42,164 nt of DNA from a virus, in IMG/VR virus record IMGVR_UViG_3300011438_000009, positions 1-42,164 of that record; one strand, 5' to 3'. The number at the start of each line of letters is the position of its first letter. Position 1 is the stretch's first letter. The notes under the pieces were generated by a model, which had not been told where the DNA came from, searched no databases, and saw only the letters and a program-made list of their open reading frames with translations. Positions 32,235-39,908 of the stretch are shown piece by piece. The position numbers and the translations under genes were made by a program.

Positions 32235-32580
32235 CGTTGGCCCCGTTGATGAACTTCTTGTGGGCGTCGACCACGCTCAGGCCGAACTCCTTGGTGCGCA
32301 GCTGCATCGCCTCCAACCGCTTGGCGTAGCCGTCCAGCTCGGTGGCGATGTTGTCGGCCAGCTCCATCACCTCGACACGCAGCTTCTGAGCCGCCTCGAC
32401 CTGCTCGTCCGCGGCCTTGATCAACGAGGCGATGATCTGCTCGCCGATCTCGGTGAAGGCAAACTTCAGCGGCGGGCGCTGCGGCGCCGACCGCTTCTCG
32501 ACATTGGGCGCCTGCGCCGCCAGCTGCTGTAGCGCCGCCTCGGCTTCCAGTCTCTGTTCGGTGTTCACTTGCATCTCCAT
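32221..32580 (-). CDS. Hypothetical coiled-coil protein (119 aa)
   Basis: ATG 32580, with an alternative ATG at 32574. It overlaps both neighbours by 14-16 nt. Confidence 0.65.
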   Translation of the reverse strand: MEMQVNTEQRLEAEAALQQLAAQAPNVEKRSAPQRPPLKFAFTEIGEQIIASLIKAADEQVEAAQKLRVEVMELADNIATELDGYAKRLEAMQLRTKEFGLSVVDAHKKFINGANDAKG

Positions 32581-32948
32581 GATTTACTGCCGCGGGTTTC
32601 CACCTTGCGCATGCCGTGGCGGGCGCAGATGTCGGTTTTATAGTTGGCCCGGCGCGCGAACTTGCGCAGGTCGTCCATGTTGAGATCCGGCTGCTCCGCC
32701 GCCGGCATCGCCTTGTGTACCTCGGCCGCAGGGATGCGGACCGCATCGACCGGGATCGGCTGCGTCAGGTCGATCATGCGGCTGACGCCGACCATGCTGT
32801 TGCCGTTGATCTTGTAGGCCAGCAGCAGCGCGGCCTTCTTCTGCTCCTCGCTGGGGATAGCGGGGAAAACATAGGCGGTCTGGTCGTCGTCGACCTGCGC
32901 GGCCGCCGGCGTCGCCAGCAGGATTGCGATCGTAAGGGCCCTAAACAT
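32565..32948 (-). CDS. Secreted or periplasmic protein with a signal peptide (127 aa)
   Basis: MFRALTIAILLATPAAAQV.. is a signal-like N-terminus. The C-terminus reads ..TDICARHGMRKVETRGSKSWRCK. ATG 32948 overlaps the HTH gene end by 8 nt. Confidence 0.65.
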   Translation of the reverse strand: MFRALTIAILLATPAAAQVDDDQTAYVFPAIPSEEQKKAALLLAYKINGNSMVGVSRMIDLTQPIPVDAVRIPAAEVHKAMPAAEQPDLNMDDLRKFARRANYKTDICARHGMRKVETRGSKSWRCK

Positions 32949-33171
32949 TGATCTTCCTCTGCGGCACGACGGCCTTGGTCTTGCGGTCCATGTAGCGGTA
33001 GACGCGATCGATGGTGTCGAGCCGCGGCAGCTTGCCGGCCTCGACCCGCTTGATGAAATGCCCGTCGCCGGCGGCCTGCTTGCCGAAGGCGGTACGATCG
33101 ATGCCGACACGCGCGCGATACGCCTCGATGTCGGCGAGCAGCTTGGCTGCAATGGGGTGCTGTTTTGCCAT
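32941..33171 (-). CDS. Small HTH-type regulator (76 aa), first gene of unit E, with no SD
   Basis: MAKQHPIAAKLLADIEAYRARVGIDRTAFGKQAAGDGHFIKRVEAGKLPRLDTIDRVYRYM. There is no Shine-Dalgarno sequence in the 13 nt before ATG 33171 (ccagactgtgcgg). Confidence 0.65.
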   Translation of the reverse strand: MAKQHPIAAKLLADIEAYRARVGIDRTAFGKQAAGDGHFIKRVEAGKLPRLDTIDRVYRYMDRKTKAVVPQRKINV

Positions 33172-33195
33172 CCGCACAGTCTGGCACGGGTGATG

Positions 33196-33236
33196 GACAA
33201 TTGTCAATAGAACATTTCAATTGACAATCTTCAATC
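33196..33236. promoter_or_regulatory. CAATTG-core palindromes and a shared 20-nt element (candidate operators)
   Basis: GACAATTGTC at 33196-33205 is a perfect 10-bp palindrome. TCAATTGA is at 33217-33224. TCAATTGACAATCTTCAATC (33217-33236) matches TCAATTGCTTTTCTTCAATC (19487-19506) at 15 of 20 positions. Confidence 0.4.
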
Positions 33237-33249
33237 GACGGGATAGGAT
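33221..33249 (+). promoter_or_regulatory. Sigma70-like promoter of unit F
   Basis: TTGACA (33221-33226), a 17-nt spacer, then TAGGAT (33244-33249). AGGAG lies 6 nt before ATG 33277. Confidence 0.5.
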
Positions 33250-33276
33250 GTCTGCATCGAACAACAGGAGCACGTC

Positions 33277-33456
33277 ATGCAGACCATCTACTTCCCCGAC
33301 AGCGACGACACGGTCGTCCTCGACCGCACCGCGGCCGGCACCTACGTCGCCCGCCTCATCCTTGAGGACGGCGAAACCTCTCCCGAATACGGGACCGGCG
33401 ATACCCAGCTGTCGGCGATCGCCGACCTCAACGCGGCCTTGGTGGGAGCAGAGTGA
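33277..33456 (+). CDS. Small acidic protein (59 aa)
   Basis: Hand-translated: MQTIYFPDSDDTVVLDRTAAGTYVARLILEDGETSPEYGTGDTQLSAIADLNAALVGAE. It has a good SD and its stop overlaps the next ATG (TGATG). It is below the ORF-track cut-off. Confidence 0.5.
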   Translation: MQTIYFPDSDDTVVLDRTAAGTYVARLILEDGETSPEYGTGDTQLSAIADLNAALVGAE

Positions 33457-33662
33457 TGTCTTGGAAACCCGAAGTGATCGCCGATCGCAGCGGCAAGTGG
33501 GTCGGCAACGCCTGCTGCTTCGCCACCGAGGCCGAGGCCAAGCACTACGCCGCCGATCTGGCGTACCGCTGGACCGCGGTCCGCGACAGCCGCGTCGTCG
33601 AAAGCGCGGATCCCGTCAACTACGTCTGGGACGCCACCGGCGCCCACCCGGTGAAGTCATGA
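33456..33662 (+). CDS. Hypothetical 68-aa protein
   Basis: MSWKPEVIADRSGKWVGNACCFATEAEAKHYAADLAYRWTAVRDSRVVESADPVNY.. Coupled at both ends. Confidence 0.65.
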   Translation: MSWKPEVIADRSGKWVGNACCFATEAEAKHYAADLAYRWTAVRDSRVVESADPVNYVWDATGAHPVKS

Positions 33663-34117
33663 AGTTAGTTCGCACCGACGGCGGCCGCTTCGAGGCGGGT
33701 TTCAGCGGCACGGCGCGGGACTGCGTCGCGCGGGCGGTCGCCGTGGTCACCGGCCGGCCTTATGCCGAGATCTACGACGGCCTGTCGGCCGTCAACGCCG
33801 CCACCCGCAAGACCAAGGGCCGCAGCAAGACCGCCGGCACGCACACCGCCAGCCACGGCATCTTCACGGCGACGCCGATGTTCAAGCGGTACATGCAAAG
33901 CCTCGGCTTCGTCTGGACGCCGACGATGTCGATCGGCAGCGGCTGCAAGGTCCACCTGCGCAGCGACGAGCTGCCGGTCGGCCGCCTCGTGGTCGGCGTC
34001 AGCAAGCACTACACCGCCGTCATTGACGGCGTTCTGCACGACACGCACGATTGCTCGCGAGGCGGCACGCGCTGCGTCTATGGTTACTGGACCCTCCAAG
34101 GAGCATCACACCAATGA
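33659..34117 (+). CDS. Hypothetical 152-aa protein with an ordered Cys..His..Asp pattern (possible papain-like hydrolase fold)
   Basis: ..ARDCVARAVAVVTGRPYAEIYDGL.. is followed by ..SKHYTAVIDGVLHDTHDCS.. ATG 33659 overlaps the upstream stop (ATGA). The ORF-track start at 33221 lies in the promoter. Confidence 0.7.
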   Translation: MKLVRTDGGRFEAGFSGTARDCVARAVAVVTGRPYAEIYDGLSAVNAATRKTKGRSKTAGTHTASHGIFTATPMFKRYMQSLGFVWTPTMSIGSGCKVHLRSDELPVGRLVVGVSKHYTAVIDGVLHDTHDCSRGGTRCVYGYWTLQGASHQ

Positions 34118-34446
34118 ACATCCCGACTACCTACCTCGCCTTCCACGACATCACGGCCCTGCGCGCCAGCGGCGGTACCTCGTTGGGCCGCCCGCTGGTG
34201 CTGACGATCGACGGCGCCCACGGCAGCACGCAGATCACGCTGTTCCTGCAGCCACTGCTGACGGCGGACCAGATCTCGGCGCTGGCCATGGCCATCAGCG
34301 ACGCCATGGTGATGGCGGAGCCGGCCGCGGTCTGCCCGATCGAGAGTGCCGCTTACGACGCCGCCGCCGACTACTACCGGCGCCAGACCAGCGAGCTGGG
34401 CAAGCTGCAGGCCGGCGAACCCTCGATACTGGATGGCAAGCGATGA
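34114..34446 (+). CDS. Hypothetical 110-aa protein
   Basis: ATGA overlaps at both ends. Confidence 0.65.
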   Translation: MNIPTTYLAFHDITALRASGGTSLGRPLVLTIDGAHGSTQITLFLQPLLTADQISALAMAISDAMVMAEPAAVCPIESAAYDAAADYYRRQTSELGKLQAGEPSILDGKR

Positions 34447-34541
34447 CTGACCTGACCTACATCCTCGCCGCCACCATCACGGTGGCCATCGTCATCATGA
34501 TCTACGCCTGCGTCATCGCGGAGTGGAGGGCCGGCCTGTGA
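34443..34541 (+). CDS. 32-aa single-pass membrane peptide
   Basis: MTDLTYILAATITVAIVIMIYACVIAEWRAGL. ATGA overlap upstream and GTGA overlap downstream. Confidence 0.4.
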   Translation: MTDLTYILAATITVAIVIMIYACVIAEWRAGL

Positions 34542-34726
34542 ACGCAGTCACCTATGCCGTCTGGAAGGACTGGCGCACCGGCGCCTTCGAGGTGGTGCGC
34601 TGGGAAGGCGGCGAGCACCTGATCGTCGAAACCAACATCACGACCCGCGGCAAGGCCATGGCCGCCGCGGACGTGTGGCGGCAGCGCGAGAAGGAGAAGG
34701 CCAATGCCCACCCGACTGGAAAGTGA
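34538..34726 (+). CDS. Hypothetical 62-aa protein
   Basis: GTG 34538 lies 8 nt after GGAGG. An alternative GTG is at 34523. Confidence 0.5.
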   Translation: MNAVTYAVWKDWRTGAFEVVRWEGGEHLIVETNITTRGKAMAAADVWRQREKEKANAHPTGK

Positions 34727-34967
34727 CATGATGGCGCTGTTCTCGCAGCGCCTCCGCGCCTTGGCGTCCGACACGCTCGACACCTCCCGGCGCGGTGGCA
34801 TGCGCCGGTCGAACGCCATGATGCTGGTTCTGACGGTGATGCTGACGGAGACGGTGACGGGCTGGGTTTCGCACGGCGCCGGTGAGGACGAGATGCTGGA
34901 GGCGTGCCGGCTGGCCTGCCGCGACATCGAGCCGAAGGTCAAGAAGGCGATGAAGGCCCGCAAATGA
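34704..34967 (+). CDS. Hypothetical 87-aa protein
   Basis: ATG 34704 lies 7 nt after AAGGAG. An alternative ATG is at 34728. Confidence 0.55.
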   Translation: MPTRLESDMMALFSQRLRALASDTLDTSRRGGMRRSNAMMLVLTVMLTETVTGWVSHGAGEDEMLEACRLACRDIEPKVKKAMKARK

Positions 34968-34970
34968 AAA

Positions 34971-35010
34971 GGCGCCCGGCGCGGGGCAAGGGGGTGCAAC
35001 GCCGGACGCC
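34971..35010 (-). terminator. Minus-oriented rho-independent terminator located beyond a convergent plus-strand gene
   Basis: The minus-strand RNA reads GGCGUCCGGCG, an 18-nt loop, CGCCGGGCGCC, then UUUUCAUUUG. The one non-Watson-Crick pair is a U-G wobble on the minus RNA but a C-A mismatch on the plus RNA. Confidence 0.55.
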
Positions 35011-35069
35011 TGATCACACTGTTGTACCACACAACGCGGGCATCCTAGCCCGAGAAAGACGACCACACA

Positions 35070-35378
35070 ATGACGACCGTATTCCTGCTGAACGGCGGCA
35101 CGCTCGACGCCGTCGGCATCATACCGCTCTGGCTTAACGAGAAGGATCCGCGGCCGGCGAAAGATCAGCTCGACGATCACTACCGGCACGGCGGCGGCTG
35201 GCAGCCGTTCGAGGGCTTCACGTTGCAGAGGGACAGCAGCATCAAGTATCCCGGCGACCCCGCCCACAAGCCGCGCGCGATGATGAAGCTGCGCGACGAG
35301 GTGATCCTGATGTACGACCATGCGTGGGTGCTGATCCTGCAGAAGGACGGCACCTTCGAGATCTGCAGGATGGACTGA
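35070..35378 (+). CDS. Hypothetical 102-aa protein
   Basis: ATG 35070 is preceded by ACCACACA. Its stop abuts the endolysin stop (TGA|TTA). Confidence 0.7.
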   Translation: MTTVFLLNGGTLDAVGIIPLWLNEKDPRPAKDQLDDHYRHGGGWQPFEGFTLQRDSSIKYPGDPAHKPRAMMKLRDEVILMYDHAWVLILQKDGTFEICRMD

Positions 35379-35948
35379 TTACACGATGTCGGGGCTGTCG
35401 ACCGCCTGCGGCATCGCCTCCAGCGGCTTCGGCGCGTCCGGCTTGCCGTCATAGTTGTCGTCGGGGATGTTCTGGAACATCAGCGCCTCCGACGCACGGC
35501 GGCGCGTCAGGCCGGCCAACTCCTTGCCGTTGGCCTTGTTCCATCGCTTGAACTCGCCCGCGGCGCCGGTGTAGTCGCCGGCGTTCAGCTTCTTCAGCAT
35601 CGTGCTGCTGCCGAACGCGCCGGCGCCGACGTTGTAGGTGAAGCTGACCAGCGCGTCGAACTGGTAGGCGGTCAGCGGCACCGTCACGAGACGCTTCACA
35701 TCCTTCTCGAAGCCTTTCATGTCGTCGACGAACGCCGCGTCGCAGTCGGCCTTCGACCAGACGTCGCTGCTGGTGAACTGGATGCCGTGATGGTTGGTGT
35801 GGCCCCAGCCGATCGTCAGCACGTTGGCCGGGCACTTGTAGGCCTTGTACTTGTCGGTGCCGGCGGGCTGCAGGCAGCTCTCGAAGTGCTTGACGAGGTT
35901 GGCGCCGCGCTCGGTCAGGATCAGGCTGTCATTGGCTGCGTTGCTCAT
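35379..35948 (-). CDS. Endolysin, GH24 (T4/lambda-type) lysozyme
   Basis: ..FESCLQP..LTIGWGHT..LTAYQFDALVSFTYNVGAGAFGSSTMLKKLNAGDY..EFKRWNKANGKELAGLTRRRASEALMF.. Confidence 0.92.
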   Translation of the reverse strand: MSNAANDSLILTERGANLVKHFESCLQPAGTDKYKAYKCPANVLTIGWGHTNHHGIQFTSSDVWSKADCDAAFVDDMKGFEKDVKRLVTVPLTAYQFDALVSFTYNVGAGAFGSSTMLKKLNAGDYTGAAGEFKRWNKANGKELAGLTRRRASEALMFQNIPDDNYDGKPDAPKPLEAMPQAVDSPDIV

Positions 35949-36286
35949 TGCTTGTCTCCCTTACACTGGGGCGGATCCCAGTTCTCGATGTCGCGCTTGG
36001 CGCGGAGGAACGCCCGCACGCCATTGTGCATGCCGATGGCGGCGCGCTCCGGCTGACCGCTGCCGTCCTTGATCCAGATGTCGAACAGATGGTTGGCGTG
36101 CTCCTTCAGGCCGAGCACGACGCCATCCATCATGATGCCGCGCACCTGCTCGCGCGTGTCGGCGTCCATGCATGGCGGTGGCGTTTCGGCCGAGCGCGCC
36201 TGCATCACCATCGTCACCACCATGATGAGCAGCACCAAGATCCCGATCAGCACAATCAGGACTTGCGTCGGCGGGTTATAGCGCAT
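35945..36286 (-). CDS. N-terminally membrane-anchored protein (113 aa): candidate i-spanin-like lysis accessory or holin regulator
   Basis: MRYNPPTQVLIVLIGILVLLIMVVTMVMQ.. has one TM segment followed by a soluble domain. It lies between the holin-like gene and the endolysin, with TGATG and ATGA overlaps. Confidence 0.65.
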   Translation of the reverse strand: MRYNPPTQVLIVLIGILVLLIMVVTMVMQARSAETPPPCMDADTREQVRGIMMDGVVLGLKEHANHLFDIWIKDGSGQPERAAIGMHNGVRAFLRAKRDIENWDPPQCKGDKQ

Positions 36287-36462
36287 CAGCGAACCGGCGA
36301 ACCGAATGTGTGCAGGCCGAGGAGCCCGATCAGGATAAACAGCACCAGCCAGCTCCCGAACGGCGCCCACGGCGCGCCGGCCGGCCGCCACGGGTTCATG
36401 CCCCAGCCGCCGAAGATCAGCGTGATGACGTAGATCAGCCAAAACCAGATGTTGGCGCCCAT
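36286..36462 (-). CDS. Holin-like two-TM protein (58 aa)
   Basis: Hand-translated: MGANIWFWLIYVITLIFGGWGMNPWRPAGAPWAPFGSWLVLFILIGLLGLHTFGSPVR. AGGAGG lies 6 nt before ATG 36462. It is below the ORF-track cut-off. Confidence 0.6.
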   Translation of the reverse strand: MGANIWFWLIYVITLIFGGWGMNPWRPAGAPWAPFGSWLVLFILIGLLGLHTFGSPVR

Positions 36463-36477
36463 GGTCGCCTCCTGTAC

Positions 36478-38304
36478 TTACACTTGCGCTGCCTTCAGCG
36501 CGTTGACCTGCGCGGTCAGCTCCTGCACGGCCGCCCACAGCGTCGTCAGCATGTGGCGGTCGTTGATTGCTTTCACCGAAACGTCTTCCTCGCCCATCGC
36601 CTTTGCCGCTGCCGTGCCGGCCTTCGGAAGGTCGCGCGACAGCAGCACGGCGCGCATCGTGAGGTCGTTCGGGGGAACGCTGACGTCAGCGACCGCGACG
36701 GGCAGGATCGGTTCGACCTCCTGCGCCAGCCAGCCATACATGGTTTCGCCTTCGCGCAGGTGGAGCGCGCCACTGATCGATGGGTCTTTCGCGGTGAACT
36801 GCCGCACCGCGATGGCGTTGACGACAGCGAGCGCCGACACCGTGTCCGCACCCTTCGACATATCCACGCTCTTGAGGCGCGCGTCCGATGTCGCCCAAGT
36901 GCCCGACGCCAAGAAGGCGCCGGTCGAGCCGTAGAACGAGAACCACTGCGCGGCGGCGTTCCAGTAGGCGGTGATGCCGTAGACGGCAGCGCCGTTGGTG
37001 AAGCCGATGATCGCGCCAGAGCCGACCGCACCAAAGCCCCTGCTGTCGATGTTGTACCCAGCAGCAGACGCGATGCGGACATAAAGCGCGTCACCGAGGA
37101 TCGCCACCTTCTCGGTGCCCGCAAGGTGGAACGAATGCCCTTGCGCGGAGACGGTGGTGTTGTAGATGGCTTGGCCCCCGGGGCCGCTGCTGAAGGCGAC
37201 GGAATTGCCGCCGCGATTGTGCTGATAACCACCGTAGTTGTTGGCGATGGTGGCGACGAAGCCGCTGTTCGCCGTGCAGTTTCCGGTGATGCTGACGTTG
37301 CCACCTACGATCGCGCTTTGAGTGACAGCCAGCCCGCCGCCCCCGGTGACAGCAACCCCGCCAGCCCCCGAAAGGTTCATGCCGCCGTTGGCGCGGCTGA
37401 TTTGCACGACGGTCGCGACCGGGTTGCCAGCGTCATTGCACGTCGTCAGACCGAAGTCGCTGCCGACGTTTGCCCCTGTCTCTGCGGCGGCATCGCCCAG
37501 CCGCATGATCCAACGCTTCAGGCCCGCCTTGCTGCCGATGAGGTCAGAGACTTCGCCCGCAGCGTTCTTGTCGATGTATACCGCCGGGTTGCCGTTGAAG
37601 GCGCGGATAGTGTGTATTCCGTACTTGGTGATCTCCAGCAGCTTGCAACTGGCCGGCGTGCCGACGCCGGTCTTGCCGCTGGCTTCGCTGCAAACCGCGA
37701 ACGCCGGGCTTGGCGTGCTGCCGGGTCCGGTGTCTTGGCCGTACAGGCCGAAGAACATATTGGCGATGGTGGTCGAGAAGCCGTCGCCATCGAGCGTGGG
37801 ATCGGGGCCAGCGCCCTGCTGCACATGGGCCTGCATGCTCTGGTACCACAGGCCCCAGACGCCAGCGCGCTTCTCGCGGATCCAGACGCGGCCGGTACCC
37901 AGCGGCGTTACGGTGGTGTCGCGCGCTTCCAGCACGACGTTCTGGTTGACGGGCGCGGCCGGCGGCACCGCGACCGGATCGTAAACGTAGGCGATGCCGG
38001 CGAACGTATGCGCCAGCCCGCCGGGTGCTGCGACCGCCGTGCTCGCCGAATAGAACGACCCCGACATCCACACATGGGCGTCGTAGTTGGTAACGATCTG
38101 GCCCGCCGCCTCGCCGTGCAGGTTGAGCAGCGCGTCGTTGGCGTTGGTGGCACCCGTGCCGCCGGCGATGATCGGCCTCGGCAGGTTCTGGTCGGCCGAG
38201 ATGTCGGCGACGAACGTGTTGTAACGCGCGCTCTCGACCGTGTAGTTGGGGATACCTTGCGTGCCTGCTGGAGGCGCGTATTGCTGAAGTCCATCACGCG
38301 GCAT
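36478..38304 (-). CDS. Tail fibre with a C-terminal Peptidase_S74 intramolecular chaperone domain (608 aa)
   Basis: The N-terminus carries ..IIAGGTGATNANDALLNL.., a tail-fibre signature. The C-terminus reads ..TSDARLKSVDMSKGADTVSALAVVNAIAVRQFTAKD..GWLAQEVEPILPVAV.. and ends in a coiled coil. Confidence 0.88.
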   Translation of the reverse strand: MPRDGLQQYAPPAGTQGIPNYTVESARYNTFVADISADQNLPRPIIAGGTGATNANDALLNLHGEAAGQIVTNYDAHVWMSGSFYSASTAVAAPGGLAHTFAGIAYVYDPVAVPPAAPVNQNVVLEARDTTVTPLGTGRVWIREKRAGVWGLWYQSMQAHVQQGAGPDPTLDGDGFSTTIANMFFGLYGQDTGPGSTPSPAFAVCSEASGKTGVGTPASCKLLEITKYGIHTIRAFNGNPAVYIDKNAAGEVSDLIGSKAGLKRWIMRLGDAAAETGANVGSDFGLTTCNDAGNPVATVVQISRANGGMNLSGAGGVAVTGGGGLAVTQSAIVGGNVSITGNCTANSGFVATIANNYGGYQHNRGGNSVAFSSGPGGQAIYNTTVSAQGHSFHLAGTEKVAILGDALYVRIASAAGYNIDSRGFGAVGSGAIIGFTNGAAVYGITAYWNAAAQWFSFYGSTGAFLASGTWATSDARLKSVDMSKGADTVSALAVVNAIAVRQFTAKDPSISGALHLREGETMYGWLAQEVEPILPVAVADVSVPPNDLTMRAVLLSRDLPKAGTAAAKAMGEEDVSVKAINDRHMLTTLWAAVQELTAQVNALKAAQV

Positions 38305-39905
38305 CAGGGTTGCTCCTGTGGGTCACCGAGGTAGCCTCGCAGTTTAAGCTGGTTCATCATCTCGATCGTCAACGCGTTGCGCGTGCTCTCGGCAGTGTTG
38401 CCGAGGCCGGGTCCGGCCACCATCGGCGCGTTGGCGGCGCGGCTGCGGTAGAGCGGCGAGTTGCGCGCGAAGTTGTCAGCCAGCTCGTCCGCGCCGCGCA
38501 CCATGGCGCGGTTGCCTGCGCTCTTGATGGCGTAGCCCGCCGTCGGGATGCCGACACCCGCAATAAACGGCTTGACGTCGCCGGTCATGAAGGCGGTGGC
38601 CGCCCCGCCCGCGCCGAGCGTGCCGGAGTAGGCGCCCAAGCCGCCGCCTAGGATGTTGCCGGTCGCGCGCGTGACCCGGTACGGCAGATCCCGCCGCGCC
38701 GTCGACCTTACCATGTCCCGCTCGTCGGGCGTCAGCCACTTGTACTCGGAACTCTTGGGATTGAGGAACGTGCTGGTCAGCTTCTGGCCGTAGGTGTTGC
38801 CGACGTTGCGGCCGGAGTTGGCGACTTCGGCGCGATCGCCTGCGTATTGATTGACTTCCTCGACCGCCTGCGTGCGCTTGCCTGCGCGATAGTCGCCGCG
38901 CGCTAGGTCGAGCGAGCGCGCCACCTGCGCCTGATCGGCAGGCGTACCGCCGGACACCGCGTGCGACGATCGCATGAAGTTGTCCAGCCATTGCCGCGCC
39001 GCCGAGGCGCCGGGCTCGTTGACGCCCGTCAGCTGCTGGCGCACGGCGTCGATCTCGTACGGCGTGACGTGGCCCTGCGTGTATGGCGCATTGGTGCGCG
39101 CGAAGTTCAGCGCCGCCCAGACCTTCGGCGACTTCACCTCGTTGGTCGCCACCGCCGGGCTGCCCATGTGGCGCTCCAGCGCATCGAGGCCGCCGAGGTA
39201 CATGCTGTGGTCGTAGGTCATCGGCGAGTAGTGGGTGTCCACATAGTGCTGGCGCGCGGCCCCTCTGAGCGCCGCGGAGTTGGGCACCTCCGCAAGGGAT
39301 CTCGGCGCGACATTGGCGAAGTGGCCGAACGGCGCCCCCAGTGCCGAACCCAGCGCGCCGCCAACCAAGGCGTTGCGCACGTAATCCTTGGCGTCGCCGG
39401 TGTAGGTCTGTCCGGCGCCCTGCGCCGCACCAAGCAGGCCGCCCTCCAGCCCGTAGCCTGCCGCTCGGGCAGCCGTACCTCTCAACCCCGTCTGCGCGCC
39501 GCCGAGCGCCAGCGAGGTGGTGCGGCCGACCGCGCCGATGCCGGGGATGAAAGCCTGCGCCGTGCCGCCGCCGACGTCGCCAGCGACGGACAGGTAGGGG
39601 CTGCGCTCGCGCCGGGCAGCACTCTCACCGGTGGCCTGCTTTAGCCCCTCAGAGTAGCCGCCAGCCTCGCCTAGGCCCCATCGGCGCAGCGCGTCCAGCC
39701 GGTCGGTCATGCCGAACGAGGCGGTGTTGCCGGCCGCCCTGAGCGCATCTGCGGTGTTGCTGGACAGCGTCGCCGGGGGCGGATGTTCGGTGCCGCCCTC
39801 CGGCTCGAACGGGTTCGGCCGCGAGATCGGCACCGAAGGCGTCTGGTTCGGCGTCAGCAGCGGGCTGACGTCCTGCTCGGTCAGGAACGGGTTGCGTTCG
39901 GCCAT
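38304..39905 (-). CDS. Internal virion or ejection-type protein (533 aa), Gly/Ala-rich segments
   Basis: TGATG overlap with the fibre gene. G/A-rich, membrane-like stretches occur at both ends. The function is inferred from position. Confidence 0.8.
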   Translation of the reverse strand: MAERNPFLTEQDVSPLLTPNQTPSVPISRPNPFEPEGGTEHPPPATLSSNTADALRAAGNTASFGMTDRLDALRRWGLGEAGGYSEGLKQATGESAARRERSPYLSVAGDVGGGTAQAFIPGIGAVGRTTSLALGGAQTGLRGTAARAAGYGLEGGLLGAAQGAGQTYTGDAKDYVRNALVGGALGSALGAPFGHFANVAPRSLAEVPNSAALRGAARQHYVDTHYSPMTYDHSMYLGGLDALERHMGSPAVATNEVKSPKVWAALNFARTNAPYTQGHVTPYEIDAVRQQLTGVNEPGASAARQWLDNFMRSSHAVSGGTPADQAQVARSLDLARGDYRAGKRTQAVEEVNQYAGDRAEVANSGRNVGNTYGQKLTSTFLNPKSSEYKWLTPDERDMVRSTARRDLPYRVTRATGNILGGGLGAYSGTLGAGGAATAFMTGDVKPFIAGVGIPTAGYAIKSAGNRAMVRGADELADNFARNSPLYRSRAANAPMVAGPGLGNTAESTRNALTIEMMNQLKLRGYLGDPQEQP

Positions 39906-39908
39906 GAC

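Noticed and set aside
36310-38334. 674-aa plus-strand ORF
   Set aside because: It is antisense to the tail fibre gene and has no motifs. The fibre and S74 signatures are on the minus strand.
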